From: Armatimonadota bacterium | GTDB taxonomy: Bacteria; Armatimonadota; Fimbriimonadia; Fimbriimonadales; Fimbriimonadaceae | Direction of reading: 5' to 3' | DNA length: 64,000 bases | Assembly (NCBI GenBank): GCA_031400935.1 | Contig: JANNQV010000035.1 | Span: 1 to 64,000 of the forward strand | Shown: positions 36,204 to 45,622 of the stretch, piece by piece | How positions within the stretch are numbered: the stretch's first letter is position 1 | How the letters are laid out: each line of letters starts with the position of its first letter | The notes under the pieces: model-generated | Databases searched by the model: none | Told to the model about the DNA's origin: nothing | The model's input: the letters and a program-made list of their open reading frames with translations, nothing else | Translations under genes and position numbers: made by a program

Positions 36204-36809
36204 CTACTTCAAAATCCCCGTCAACGCGGTTTCAGCTTCAAATGGCCGAAAACCACTCGGCCCTGGATTGCCTTTGTAAACAATTTTTCCATTCTTATCA
36301 AGAACATAAATCCGATCCGGCCAACTTGAATATGCGGCCTCCACCTTATCGTCCATGTTGTCAATTACGATTGGGATTTTGAGTTCCAAATGTGCTGAGC
36401 AATCCATTGCCGCCTTTTCACGCTCCGCCAGAGTTTTTGGAGTCGCTACAATCACGCCTTGCCTCTGATTTTGTGGTACTTGCCAGCCATCGCTGGGGTG
36501 CGCCTCGCGGACATAGACGATTTTGAAGTCAGCGCGATCCTTGTAGGTCGCGAACATAGTATTGAGCACGCCAGCCTGGGTGCGAAATGGCGGTCATGTG
36601 TAGCTGCCGAAAATTAGCACGGTTGGGTGCTTTCCGAAATTTGACTTGAGGTCGAAAAATTCGTTCTTGCCGAGTAATTTGAGTTTGAAAGTTGGAGCAA
36701 GGTCGCCAACTCGGAGGTTGCCTTGTTGGGGACGAGTTTGCTGCCATCCAACGAGCAAGCTTCCGACTGCGACTATTCCCACGATTCCAAGAATGGACTT
36801 CATATTCAT
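36204..36809 (-). CDS. Iodothyronine deiodinase-like (thioredoxin-fold) selenoprotein; in-frame UGA at 36594-36596
   Basis: The two track ORFs are in frame: PTVLIFGSYT-UGA-PPFR...VYVREAHPSDGW...IDNMDD..EAAYSSWPDRIYV...YKGNPGP. Confidence 0.88.
36566..36583 (-). promoter_or_regulatory. Putative bacterial SECIS element
   Basis: GCAC-CCA-GGC-TGG-C-GTGC hairpin starting 11 nt after the UGA, G-led apical loop. Confidence 0.7.
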
Positions 36810-36859
36810 TCAAACGGTGATCGGTACGAAGAGTTCAGTTGACTTTGGGAGTGCGCAGG

Positions 36860-36917
36860 CTTGACTCCACCCCCAACCCCCTCCTCTTTCTCCTTCCTCG
36901 AAAAAGGAGGGGGCTAA
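36860..36917 (+). repeat. ~57-bp interspersed element, family C, copy 1
   Basis: CTTGACTCCACCCCCAACCCCCTCCTC...TTCCTCGAA..GGAGGGGGCTAA; also at 47668 and 58782. Confidence 0.85.
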
Positions 36918-37849
36918 GTTGCCCGCTCATTGTTCCAAGCGATCACATTTTCACAATTTCCATCAATCGTTACATTGCCTCCCAAAATACTGTGACGAAT
37001 CGTCCCATGCACATTGACAATAGCCCCAGGAAGAACAACGGAATCCTCTATGGAGAGACATTCGACAACTGCGCCTTCGCCGATGACGACGTTGGGTCCA
37101 ATCTCGCCCAACTCAATGGCATGGCTGCCGATTTTGGACTCGCCTCCTATCAAAAACGAACTAGTTGCGAGGAATGAATCGAGGGTTCCCGTATCGAACC
37201 ACGTTGCTTCATAGACTCCTGCAAGCACCGCTTCACCTCGGTCAATCAGCATTTGGATCGCATCCGTGATTTCATATTCGCCACGTGCGCTTGGCTTCAG
37301 ATCGGGCAAAACTTCCCAAATTTTCGGCCCGAAAAAGTACATGCCTGCCATGGCAAGGTTGGATTCGGGATTCTTCGGCTTTTCGATGAGTTTGACGATT
37401 CGGTCGCCGTCAACATTAGCGACTCCAAAGCGTTCGGGGTCTGGTACTGGCTTGACGATGTTCAGATTTGCACAGCCCGATTCCTTGAACTTCTTGGCAT
37501 GGGTGGCAAAGCCTTCTTCATAGATCGCATCGCCAAGATAGAGTATAAAATCGTCTCCGCCGACCCAACTACTTGTAAAGCCTACGGCATGTGCAAGGCC
37601 CTTTGGCTCAGGCTGGCGTACGTAAGCAAGCTGAATTCCAAATTGCGATCCGTCGCCCAGTGCTTCGCGCATCTGAGGTTCGTTGTCTCCTACGACAACG
37701 CAGATTTCTGTAATCCCAATTTCCTTTAGGCGGTCGAAGGCATATTCAAGCGTCGGCCTGTTTGCAAGCGGTAGTAGCGGCTTAGGGATATGGTGAGTGA
37801 TGGGAAAGAGCCTTGATCCTTTTCCCGCCGCAAGAATAACGCCTTTCAT
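36914..37849 (-). CDS. Glucose-1-phosphate thymidylyltransferase-like nucleotidyltransferase
   Basis: GVILAAGKGSRL, PKPLLP, QPEPKGLAHAV, YLGD, IEKP, SARGEYEITD, WFDTGT. Confidence 0.9.
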   Translation of the reverse strand: MKGVILAAGKGSRLFPITHHIPKPLLPLANRPTLEYAFDRLKEIGITEICVVVGDNEPQMREALGDGSQFGIQLAYVRQPEPKGLAHAVGFTSSWVGGDDFILYLGDAIYEEGFATHAKKFKESGCANLNIVKPVPDPERFGVANVDGDRIVKLIEKPKNPESNLAMAGMYFFGPKIWEVLPDLKPSARGEYEITDAIQMLIDRGEAVLAGVYEATWFDTGTLDSFLATSSFLIGGESKIGSHAIELGEIGPNVVIGEGAVVECLSIEDSVVLPGAIVNVHGTIRHSILGGNVTIDGNCENVIAWNNERAT

Positions 37850-37938
37850 TTGAAGTTATTATGAAGGGTAAGTGGGGACGCGAGGTTACTAGTACTGACA
37901 GATTGCTTGACAGAAGATGCATTGAGAAAATCGTGAAT

Positions 37939-39624
37939 TCAAAGTTTCGAATTCACGATTTCCAGTATTTCCTTTTCCATTGTCTCAGCCTGCACACCCA
38001 ACAGGGTCGCTCTTGCTAAGGCCCGTTCTGCAAACTCCTTGTCTTCAAGTGATGAACAATTGATTCTTACATTGAGCTGGGCGCCTAGCACAGCTGAACG
38101 TGCTGAAAGCGCCCCAACTCCGGCATCAGAAATCGAATTTGGATTCCCGATTTCTGCCATAGCTTTGGTAACTTCCATCGAATCGAGGGCCACCTGCATG
38201 ACCTCCAAAGGAACTTTGATTGCGCGTTGAGTTGCCGATTGAATTGCATTTGCTCGTACTTCCTTTTCTTGATCCGAGCCCTTTGGCATTCCAAACGTTA
38301 ACATCAATTCGTTGAACGCATCAGTGTCTTCATCAACCAATTGCAGCAGCCGAACATGAAAGGCCTTTCCCTTTTCCGCCCAATCGCTGAACTCTTCCCA
38401 ACGTTCATCCCAGCCGCGCTTATGGCTTGAGAGATTTGCCACCATTGTTGCAAGAGCGGCTCCCATTGCACCCATTGTTGCGGCAATTGAGCCTCCGCCA
38501 GGGGCAGGCGATTCGCTCGCGGTTTCCTCCACGAATTGCTTAATCGAAAGGTTAACTAATCGAAAGAGACCTGAATCTTGAAGCGCATGTTCGATTATTT
38601 TCTTCTGTGGATCGAACGGAGATAGCTCGTCCAAGCCAAGCGAACGGACTGCAATCTTAATGAGCTCAGAATCAGAAACACCAGCGGATCGTTTCTGTTT
38701 ACGCAAAAAGTGCCGCCCAGCATCCAGCATCGAGGACAGCGGAATGAGGCCGACAAGCTCTGAACCAGTAACCCGAATTCCTCTAGAATCCGCCGCTTCA
38801 ACGGAAGCATCAAAGGCGACATGGACAGGCGTTTCGGAAATGTTCGTGAGGTTCATCGAAACTTGGCAGACGCCATATTCCTTTATGTACCATCCGATTC
38901 CCTTGACGTTCTTCAGTTCACCTGGCTCATAGACGGGCTCGCCCTGAGCATCTCGCACGATTTCGCCAGTTAGAGGATCGCCAAGGCGCTTGACTCGGCC
39001 TCGCTCCCGTACGTCGAAAGCTACAGCGTTTGCCCTTCGCGTAGAAGTTGTGTTCAGATTGATATTGTAAGCCACCAAGATTTGGCGTGCACCGACTGCT
39101 GTTGCCCCAGATTTTGCATTGAATGAGGGTGAACCAAAGTCGGGTTTCCAGCTGGCGTTTTTTAGCTTTTCGGAAAGCCCTTCATATTCTCCGCTGCGAA
39201 CAAAGCTCAAATCTCTGCGTTCTTCGGTTTTGGCAGCATTTCCATAGAGGTAAATCGTCATGCCAAGTTCATCTGCAAAGCGCTTTCCTAGCTCCCGAGC
39301 CCAGCCGACGCAGTCTTCCATAGTGCAATTGGCAATTGGAACAATTGGACAAACATCGAGAGCGCCAAATCTGGGATGCTCGCCTGAATGACTTCGCATA
39401 TCAATCAAGTCAATTCCGACTTTTGCAGCCTGAAACGCAGCCTCTAATACGGCGGATGGCGAACCTGCGAATGTGTACACAGTTCGGTTTGTGGATTCAC
39501 CAGGGTCCACATCGAGCAACTTCGCGCCTTCGACATGCATGATTGCATTCGCGATGGCCTGAATTGTCTCGAGATTCCTGCCTTCCGAAAAATTGGGCAC
39601 GCACTCGATGATTGGATCGTTCAT
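37939..39624 (-). CDS. ftcD: Glutamate formimidoyltransferase / formimidoyl-THF cyclodeaminase (bifunctional)
   Basis: IECVPNFSEGR, TNRTVYT, HPRFGALDVCP, GSELVGL, SPAPGGGS, SDAGV. Confidence 0.95.
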   Translation of the reverse strand: MNDPIIECVPNFSEGRNLETIQAIANAIMHVEGAKLLDVDPGESTNRTVYTFAGSPSAVLEAAFQAAKVGIDLIDMRSHSGEHPRFGALDVCPIVPIANCTMEDCVGWARELGKRFADELGMTIYLYGNAAKTEERRDLSFVRSGEYEGLSEKLKNASWKPDFGSPSFNAKSGATAVGARQILVAYNINLNTTSTRRANAVAFDVRERGRVKRLGDPLTGEIVRDAQGEPVYEPGELKNVKGIGWYIKEYGVCQVSMNLTNISETPVHVAFDASVEAADSRGIRVTGSELVGLIPLSSMLDAGRHFLRKQKRSAGVSDSELIKIAVRSLGLDELSPFDPQKKIIEHALQDSGLFRLVNLSIKQFVEETASESPAPGGGSIAATMGAMGAALATMVANLSSHKRGWDERWEEFSDWAEKGKAFHVRLLQLVDEDTDAFNELMLTFGMPKGSDQEKEVRANAIQSATQRAIKVPLEVMQVALDSMEVTKAMAEIGNPNSISDAGVGALSARSAVLGAQLNVRINCSSLEDKEFAERALARATLLGVQAETMEKEILEIVNSKL

Positions 39625-39636
39625 GCTAAGTAGGTT

Positions 39637-41148
39637 CTACCTTACTGGAACAAGACGAATGACCTTGTCCGGATCATTTAGAGTCACATAGATCAGCCCA
39701 TCTGGCCCAACAGCAACGTCTCTAACTCTTCCCATTCCGTGCAAAATTTCTTCGCGCTCCACCATGAGCGATCCCTTCATTTTGAACCGGTCCACATTTG
39801 CGCCGGAGAGGCCGCCAGCGAGTAGATTGTCTTTCCAGCGGGGATACTTGTCGCCCCTTAGCAAATCCAGTCCACATGCGCCAATGCTTGGCATCCATCG
39901 AAAAACCGGGACACCGAATTTCTCGCCATTTTTCGGCCAAGGGGTCTTGAAAGGAGAACCGCTGTAGTTCATTGAATATGCCACCACGGGCCAGCCATAG
40001 TTCGTCCCTTTCGTGATTAGGTTCACTTCATCGCCGCCTCGTGGGCCGTGCTCTGTGTCCCAAAGTTGTCCAGATGCGTCGAAGGCTAATCCTTGAGGAT
40101 TTCTGTGGCCGTAAGTCCAAATTCCGCCTGGAATCACCGGTGTTTTTGCGCCGTCTTTGGCGAAGGGGTTGTCAGCAGGGATGGTTCCGTCTTCATTTAG
40201 CCGATAAATTTTTCCAAATGGGTTATCTAGTTGCTGCGCGAGCATGTTTCCGCCTCGCTCGCCAACAACAAGGAAAATATGTCCTTTGCCGTCAAAAACG
40301 ACTCTCGTTCCAAAGTGGATTCCAGCACCCGTGTAGAATTTCTTGTCAACCTCAAAAATAGTCTGTTGGCTGTGCCAGGTCGCTTGATTTCCGCTCCAGC
40401 GCAGCTTTCCGCGCACGAATTTGGTCATTCCGCCGCGCCCGCCGGGTTCAGTGTAGCCTAAGTAGATCCAGCCGTTCTTTGCGTAATCAGGGTGAAGCGT
40501 AATCTCCATCATGCCACCCTGTCCGAGTTCGACAACTTCAGGGAGACCTTGAATTTGGCTGATGACTTTGCCACCCTCAACTACTGAAATGGGCCCTGGG
40601 CGATTAGTAACCAGCATCTTGCCATCGGGGAGCCACTCAACTGCCCAGGGAGTTTTCAGTCCTTGGTCGGTATCAACTGTTGTTTCAACTTTGTAATCGT
40701 GTAGGTTTGTGTGGTACGCACCAGTAGAGTTGGGTCGAAATGGACCTTTCTCGGCACGAAGAGCTTTGGCTTGTAGCTCGCGAATGTAGACGACGAGCCC
40801 CCAAATGACTTCGTCGCTCATGGTCTGACCGTAACTTTCCATTCCCATATCGGACACGCCATTCTTGACCGCATCGAAGTATGGCTTGTCGTTCTTTTGG
40901 TCAAATTTGGCGATGGTGTTGAAGGTCTTTGTTCCACCACCTCCACCTTGCCCTCTGTTGCCATGGCACTTTGCGCAAGTGTCGTCGTAGAGGTTTTGGA
41001 GATTGACGTTTTGGTCTACTGCAACAGGATTGGAATTCGAGGCAACAACATTTGTCGGCTGATTTGCAGTGGAGCCACCGGTGCAGGCAAGCAAGACGAT
41101 CGCAAAAGCAACGCTGCCAAGAGTCAGTGCTAATCCAAATTTGATCAT
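39637..41148 (-). CDS. Cytochrome c-fused PQQ-dependent glucose/sorbosone dehydrogenase lipoprotein
   Basis: LLAC lipobox; CAKCH; GQGGMM, HFGTR, YGHRNPQG, EHGPRGGDEVN, GRVRDV. Confidence 0.92.
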   Translation of the reverse strand: MIKFGLALTLGSVAFAIVLLACTGGSTANQPTNVVASNSNPVAVDQNVNLQNLYDDTCAKCHGNRGQGGGGGTKTFNTIAKFDQKNDKPYFDAVKNGVSDMGMESYGQTMSDEVIWGLVVYIRELQAKALRAEKGPFRPNSTGAYHTNLHDYKVETTVDTDQGLKTPWAVEWLPDGKMLVTNRPGPISVVEGGKVISQIQGLPEVVELGQGGMMEITLHPDYAKNGWIYLGYTEPGGRGGMTKFVRGKLRWSGNQATWHSQQTIFEVDKKFYTGAGIHFGTRVVFDGKGHIFLVVGERGGNMLAQQLDNPFGKIYRLNEDGTIPADNPFAKDGAKTPVIPGGIWTYGHRNPQGLAFDASGQLWDTEHGPRGGDEVNLITKGTNYGWPVVAYSMNYSGSPFKTPWPKNGEKFGVPVFRWMPSIGACGLDLLRGDKYPRWKDNLLAGGLSGANVDRFKMKGSLMVEREEILHGMGRVRDVAVGPDGLIYVTLNDPDKVIRLVPVR

Positions 41149-41240
41149 TTCAAGAGGGTACCTGTAGAAATGCAACGACAAATCGCCCTATTTGAGCGAA
41201 AATGCTTTATGATAGAAGCATTGAGTTCTAAGGTCTAAGA

Positions 41241-42314
41241 ATGAACACACGCTCACACCAGCTACCATATCTCTTCACCTTGATTGCAGTTTTGCTTTCT
41301 GCTTCTGCACATTCAAATTGGATTGTTACAAGTTTGCACCCGGCTGGAGCAAGCAACTCCTATGGTTACGACGTTGCCGGCGGAATTCAAGCTGGAGCTG
41401 CTTATCACGGTATCGAACGCCATGCAGGGATTTGGTCAGGAACGGCAAATTCTTGGATTGACTTGCATCCAAACGGTTACAACGATTCAGTCATTTTCGG
41501 AACTGATGGAGTTTCCCATGTTGGAACTGTTGAAGGAAATGCAGCTCTTTGGCATGGACAATCTGGAGCGTGGACGAACCTGGGTCAAGGACAGGCTTTT
41601 GATGTTTTTGGTAACCAGCAAGTGGGAAAGTTCTGGGTCCCAAATCAAGGGCAACATGCAAGCATCTGGTCCGGCAGTGCTGAATCAAGAGTTGATTTGA
41701 ATCCTGCTGGCGCCTCACTCTCGCTTGCTACGGACATTTTTGAAAACACTCAAGTTGGCGAAGCTGGATTTGAAGGAGTGGGAGTACATGCAGGTTTATG
41801 GACAGGGACGGCTGAATCGTGGGTGGACCTTCATCCTTCTGGGGCAGTTTGGTCTGGAGCCAATTCTGTATCTGCAACGAGCCAGGCTGGATATTGGCAA
41901 GACACAAATTACCTGGTTCGGGCCGCGCTTTGGCACGGATCGGCTACTTCAATGATTGACCTGCATCCAAATGAAGCATACGAATCGCAGGTTCTGGACG
42001 TGACCAATAATTATCAAGTGGGGTATGTCAGTCTTCCAGGTGATTACAGTCGGGCTACTCTTTGGTCAGGGACTGCCGAATCTATCGTTAATCTGCATTC
42101 CTTCCTTCCATCCAGATATATTGGATCCGTAGCCTATTCAGTTTGGTCGGAAAGTGGAACAAACTACGTACTAGGAATTGCAGGCAATTCGGAAACCGAG
42201 CAAGGGGAAGCAATGCTCTGGACTCAAACAGTTCCCGAACCAAGCACGGTGGTTTTAATTGCTTCAGGTTTTTTGGGGATTGTGAGTTCAAAGCGGCGTT
42301 TAAAGAGAATTTGA
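41241..42314 (+). CDS. PEP-CTERM protein with WxG...DLHP repeats
   Basis: About 6 repeats of HAxLWxGTAxSxxDLHP; VPEPSTVVLIASGFLGIVSSKRR. Confidence 0.88.
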   Translation: MNTRSHQLPYLFTLIAVLLSASAHSNWIVTSLHPAGASNSYGYDVAGGIQAGAAYHGIERHAGIWSGTANSWIDLHPNGYNDSVIFGTDGVSHVGTVEGNAALWHGQSGAWTNLGQGQAFDVFGNQQVGKFWVPNQGQHASIWSGSAESRVDLNPAGASLSLATDIFENTQVGEAGFEGVGVHAGLWTGTAESWVDLHPSGAVWSGANSVSATSQAGYWQDTNYLVRAALWHGSATSMIDLHPNEAYESQVLDVTNNYQVGYVSLPGDYSRATLWSGTAESIVNLHSFLPSRYIGSVAYSVWSESGTNYVLGIAGNSETEQGEAMLWTQTVPEPSTVVLIASGFLGIVSSKRRLKRI

Positions 42315-42365
42315 CAAACACTCTTTTGAAATTGAATTTCTTTGCAATCAGTCAAACTTGAATAG

Positions 42366-43511
42366 ATGCTCACCCACCTCTCCTGCTTCCTTTGCGGAAA
42401 AACATTCGACTGGAAACAGCTCATCAACACCTGCGAATGCGGAAAGCCGCTGAAGGTCGAGTACGACTTGAGCCCCACTACTTTGCCTAAAGAAGCTCTG
42501 AAAGACCGGGAGCCCACTCTTTGGCGGTATCGAGAAGTTCTTCCTCCTTGCGATGCGATTTCCTTGGGCGAAGGAATGTCGCCTCTCCTTCACGCGCCTG
42601 GCCTTGGCGCGAATTGGTTCATCAAAGACGAAGGGCTGAACCCGACAGCCAGCTTCAAGGCCCGGGGCATGACGACAGCAGTTTCCATGGCAAAGCACTT
42701 GGGCGTGGAGGAACTTGCGGTGCCCAGCGCAGGGAATGCGGCTGGTGCCTTAAGTGCCTACGCTGCAAAAGCGGGAATGCCGTGCCACGTCTTCATGCCT
42801 GAGGACACTCCAACTGCTTGCATTCAAGAATGCCGGATTTATGGGGCAGATGTGGTGCTTTTGCCGGGCTTGATTACCGATTGCGCAGCGCAGATTCGGC
42901 GGATCATTGGTACTCAAATTGATCGAAAAGAAACACCTTGGTTCGATCTCAGCACGCTTAAAGAGCCGTACCGTCCCGAAGGCAAAAAGACGATGGGATA
43001 TGAACTCGCCGAGCAGATGGACTGGCGGCTACCCGATGCGATCATTTACCCGACGGGCGGTGGAACTGGGCTCGTCGGAATGTGGAAGGCGTTCGATGAA
43101 ATGGAACGTATGGGATGGACTGATTCGCATCGCCCGAAAATGATCTCAGTCCAGGCGGAAGGCTGTGCCCCAATTGCCCGTGCTTTTTTGAATGGCGAGA
43201 GATTTGCTGCAGAATTTGAAAATGCTCATACGAAGGCTTCGGGCCTTCGTGTTCCAAAGGCGATTGCGGATTTTGTCATGCTCGATTTAATCCGAGAATC
43301 CGGCGGAACTGCGCTGACCGTTTCCGACGATGAAATGATTGCTGCGGCTAAGGAAATGGCGGCGAAGACTGGAGTGTTCGCTTGTCCAGAAGGAGGGGCG
43401 ACTTTGGCGGCGGCGAGAAAACTGTTGGAAAGTGGCTTTTTGAAGGAATCGGATCAGGTCGTGCTGTTCAATACGGGATCGGGATTGAAGTACTTAGAAG
43501 TGTTGGGTTAG
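42366..43511 (+). CDS. thrC: Threonine synthase
   Basis: LWRYREVLP, SLGEG, KDEGLNPTASFKARG, EGKKTMGYE, PTGGG, NTGSGLKY. Confidence 0.88.
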   Translation: MLTHLSCFLCGKTFDWKQLINTCECGKPLKVEYDLSPTTLPKEALKDREPTLWRYREVLPPCDAISLGEGMSPLLHAPGLGANWFIKDEGLNPTASFKARGMTTAVSMAKHLGVEELAVPSAGNAAGALSAYAAKAGMPCHVFMPEDTPTACIQECRIYGADVVLLPGLITDCAAQIRRIIGTQIDRKETPWFDLSTLKEPYRPEGKKTMGYELAEQMDWRLPDAIIYPTGGGTGLVGMWKAFDEMERMGWTDSHRPKMISVQAEGCAPIARAFLNGERFAAEFENAHTKASGLRVPKAIADFVMLDLIRESGGTALTVSDDEMIAAAKEMAAKTGVFACPEGGATLAAARKLLESGFLKESDQVVLFNTGSGLKYLEVLG

Positions 43512-43828
43512 GGCTCAATAACGACAAATTCCCCTCCCTTTAGCACCTCTAAATTCGCGAGCAATCTTTGGATCGCCGCTTGTAACTCATCTTGAAAGTT
43601 GCCTTTAACATCTAGAACAGTGACACAGATTTGAAGTCCTTTAAGATTGCTTTGAAACTGCATGTTTTTGTCAGCAGTAACTAGGACGTCAAAGTTGCCG
43701 CTGGCAGATGCAAGCAACTCGCCATTGCTTAGTTGATCCCATCCAAGATCAATGCAATGCTGAACTTCAAAACTTCCGAAGAATGCAAGTGCGTTCCTGT
43801 TGACGCAGTTGTCCAAGTCAAATCTCAA
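43508..43828 (-). CDS. PIN-like (DUF5615/VapC45-type) toxin
   Basis: LDNCV, LGWDQLSNGELL, FDVLVTADKNMQFQ; overlaps the DUF433 gene. Confidence 0.85.
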   Translation of the reverse strand: MRFDLDNCVNRNALAFFGSFEVQHCIDLGWDQLSNGELLASASGNFDVLVTADKNMQFQSNLKGLQICVTVLDVKGNFQDELQAAIQRLLANLEVLKGGEFVVIEP

Positions 43829-44052
43829 GCAGACTTCCTTTGTGGAAACTTAGATTCAATTTGGTGTTTTGATTCCTTTAAGACTGTTTGAACCTGTTCT
43901 TGTGTTACGTTGGGATATCCCGAATAGAATTCCTCCATTCGGTTCGCTGCAAGGTATTCGAACATGATGGACAGAGGTACCCGAGTCCCCCGAAAGCAAA
44001 CCGCACCGCTCATGCGTTCGTCGTCTTGCCAGAGTGCTTCGTAAATGTTCAT
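43825..44052 (-). CDS. DUF433 antitoxin
   Basis: DDERMSGAVCFRGTRVPL...EEFYSGYPNVTQEQV. Confidence 0.9.
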   Translation of the reverse strand: MNIYEALWQDDERMSGAVCFRGTRVPLSIMFEYLAANRMEEFYSGYPNVTQEQVQTVLKESKHQIESKFPQRKSA

Positions 44053-44125
44053 TTCAGATACAGTGTAACATAGGAAGAATCTTGAATCTGAGTTGGATAG
44101 GTCATATTCCGGGTACACCTATACC

Positions 44126-45622
44126 ATGACTCTCGACCGAGAACTCGCCCTCATTCCCAAGCTCTCCGAATTTGAAGGAAACGAATTGCCCGTGCATTCG
44201 CCGATAGACGGTTCTTTGCTGGCAACCTTACGATTCGATACCAAGGAAGAAACCGAGGCAAAGATTGCTCGCTCCGTTGTGGCCTTCAAGGCATGGAGAG
44301 AAGTCCCGGCCCCGCGCCGAGGCGAGCTAGTCCGGCTTTTTGGAGACAAGCTTCGGCAAGACAAGGAAGCTCTGTCTCGGCTCATTACTCTCGAATGCGG
44401 CAAAATTCTTGATGAAGGGCGTGGCGAAGTGCAAGAGATGATTGACATCTGCGATTTCGCAGTTGGGCTTTCGCGCCAGCTCTACGGATTAACGATCGCC
44501 AGCGAACGGCCGAACCACGTTATGCAGGAAAATTGGCTGCCGCTAGGGCCCGTCGGAATTATTTCGGCGTTCAATTTTCCGGTGGCGGTCTGGGCTTGGA
44601 ACGCAACTTTAGCACTCGTATGCGGCGATTCTTGCCTTTGGAAGCCCAGCGAAAAGACTCCGCTCACGGCTCTGGCTTGCCAATCGCTTTTCGACGAAGT
44701 TTGTAAAGATTTCCCGGAGGCACCCCAAGGATTGAGCCAAGTGATAATCGGGCTAGGAGACCGAGGCGATCAAATGGTTTCGGATTCCCGAGTTCCTTTG
44801 ATAAGCGCAACGGGTTCCTGCCGAATGGGGCGGATCGTCGGCCCCAAAGTTGCTGCTCGATTTGGCAGGGCACTATTGGAGCTCGGAGGCAACAATGCGA
44901 TTATCGTGACACCATCGGCTGATCTTGCGGTAGCCATTCCTTCTATCCTTTTCGGCTCGGTCGGCACTGCGGGCCAAAGGTGCACGAGCACTCGCCGTGT
45001 GATCGCGCACCGTAGCGTGATTGATAAGGTTTTTGAAACTCTGAAATCCGCATATCTGCAAATAGGTTCTACTAAAGTGGGTTCTCCTTTGGAATCCGGA
45101 ACTCTTGTTGGGCCGCTGATTGACGAGCTGTCTTTCAACGGGATGCTGGCGGCTATCGAACGAATCCGCCCAGAAGCTGTAGAAGTTGTCGGCGGGCAAC
45201 GGCTTTTGGAAAACTCCGGCGGATTCTACGTCCATCCAGCCTTGGTTCGGTTAAGCAAGCAAAGCGAAACCGTATTTGAAGAAACCTTCGCACCTCTTAC
45301 ATACCTAATCCCTTACGACACTATTGAAGAAGCGATGGAAATTCACAACGAGGTGCCTCAAGGGCTGAGCTCTTCGATCATGACGACCGACATTCGTGAA
45401 GCCGAGTATTTCAAACGCAACAGCGATTGTGGAATCGCGAACGTGAACATCGGGACAAGTGGTGCGGAAATTGGCGGGGCGTTCGGCGGGGAAAAGGAAA
45501 CTGGCGGGGGAAGGGAGTCGGGGTCTGATGCGTGGAAGGCGTACATGCGAAGGCAGACCAGCACGACGTTTTTTGGGCGAGAGAAGCCAAAGTTAGCGCA
45601 GGGAGTTACGTTCGACGTTTAA
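44126..45622 (+). CDS. ALDH7-family aldehyde dehydrogenase (piperideine-6-carboxylate dehydrogenase-like)
   Basis: GEVQEMIDICDFAVGLSRQL, LELGGNNA, GTAGQRCT, GAEIGGAFGGEKETGGGRESGSDAWKAYMRRQ. Confidence 0.93.
   Translation: MTLDRELALIPKLSEFEGNELPVHSPIDGSLLATLRFDTKEETEAKIARSVVAFKAWREVPAPRRGELVRLFGDKLRQDKEALSRLITLECGKILDEGRGEVQEMIDICDFAVGLSRQLYGLTIASERPNHVMQENWLPLGPVGIISAFNFPVAVWAWNATLALVCGDSCLWKPSEKTPLTALACQSLFDEVCKDFPEAPQGLSQVIIGLGDRGDQMVSDSRVPLISATGSCRMGRIVGPKVAARFGRALLELGGNNAIIVTPSADLAVAIPSILFGSVGTAGQRCTSTRRVIAHRSVIDKVFETLKSAYLQIGSTKVGSPLESGTLVGPLIDELSFNGMLAAIERIRPEAVEVVGGQRLLENSGGFYVHPALVRLSKQSETVFEETFAPLTYLIPYDTIEEAMEIHNEVPQGLSSSIMTTDIREAEYFKRNSDCGIANVNIGTSGAEIGGAFGGEKETGGGRESGSDAWKAYMRRQTSTTFFGREKPKLAQGVTFDV

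Noticed and set aside
36204..36809. Pseudogene or two separate small genes
   Set aside because: The single TGA falls at the deiodinase Sec position and is followed by a SECIS-like hairpin.
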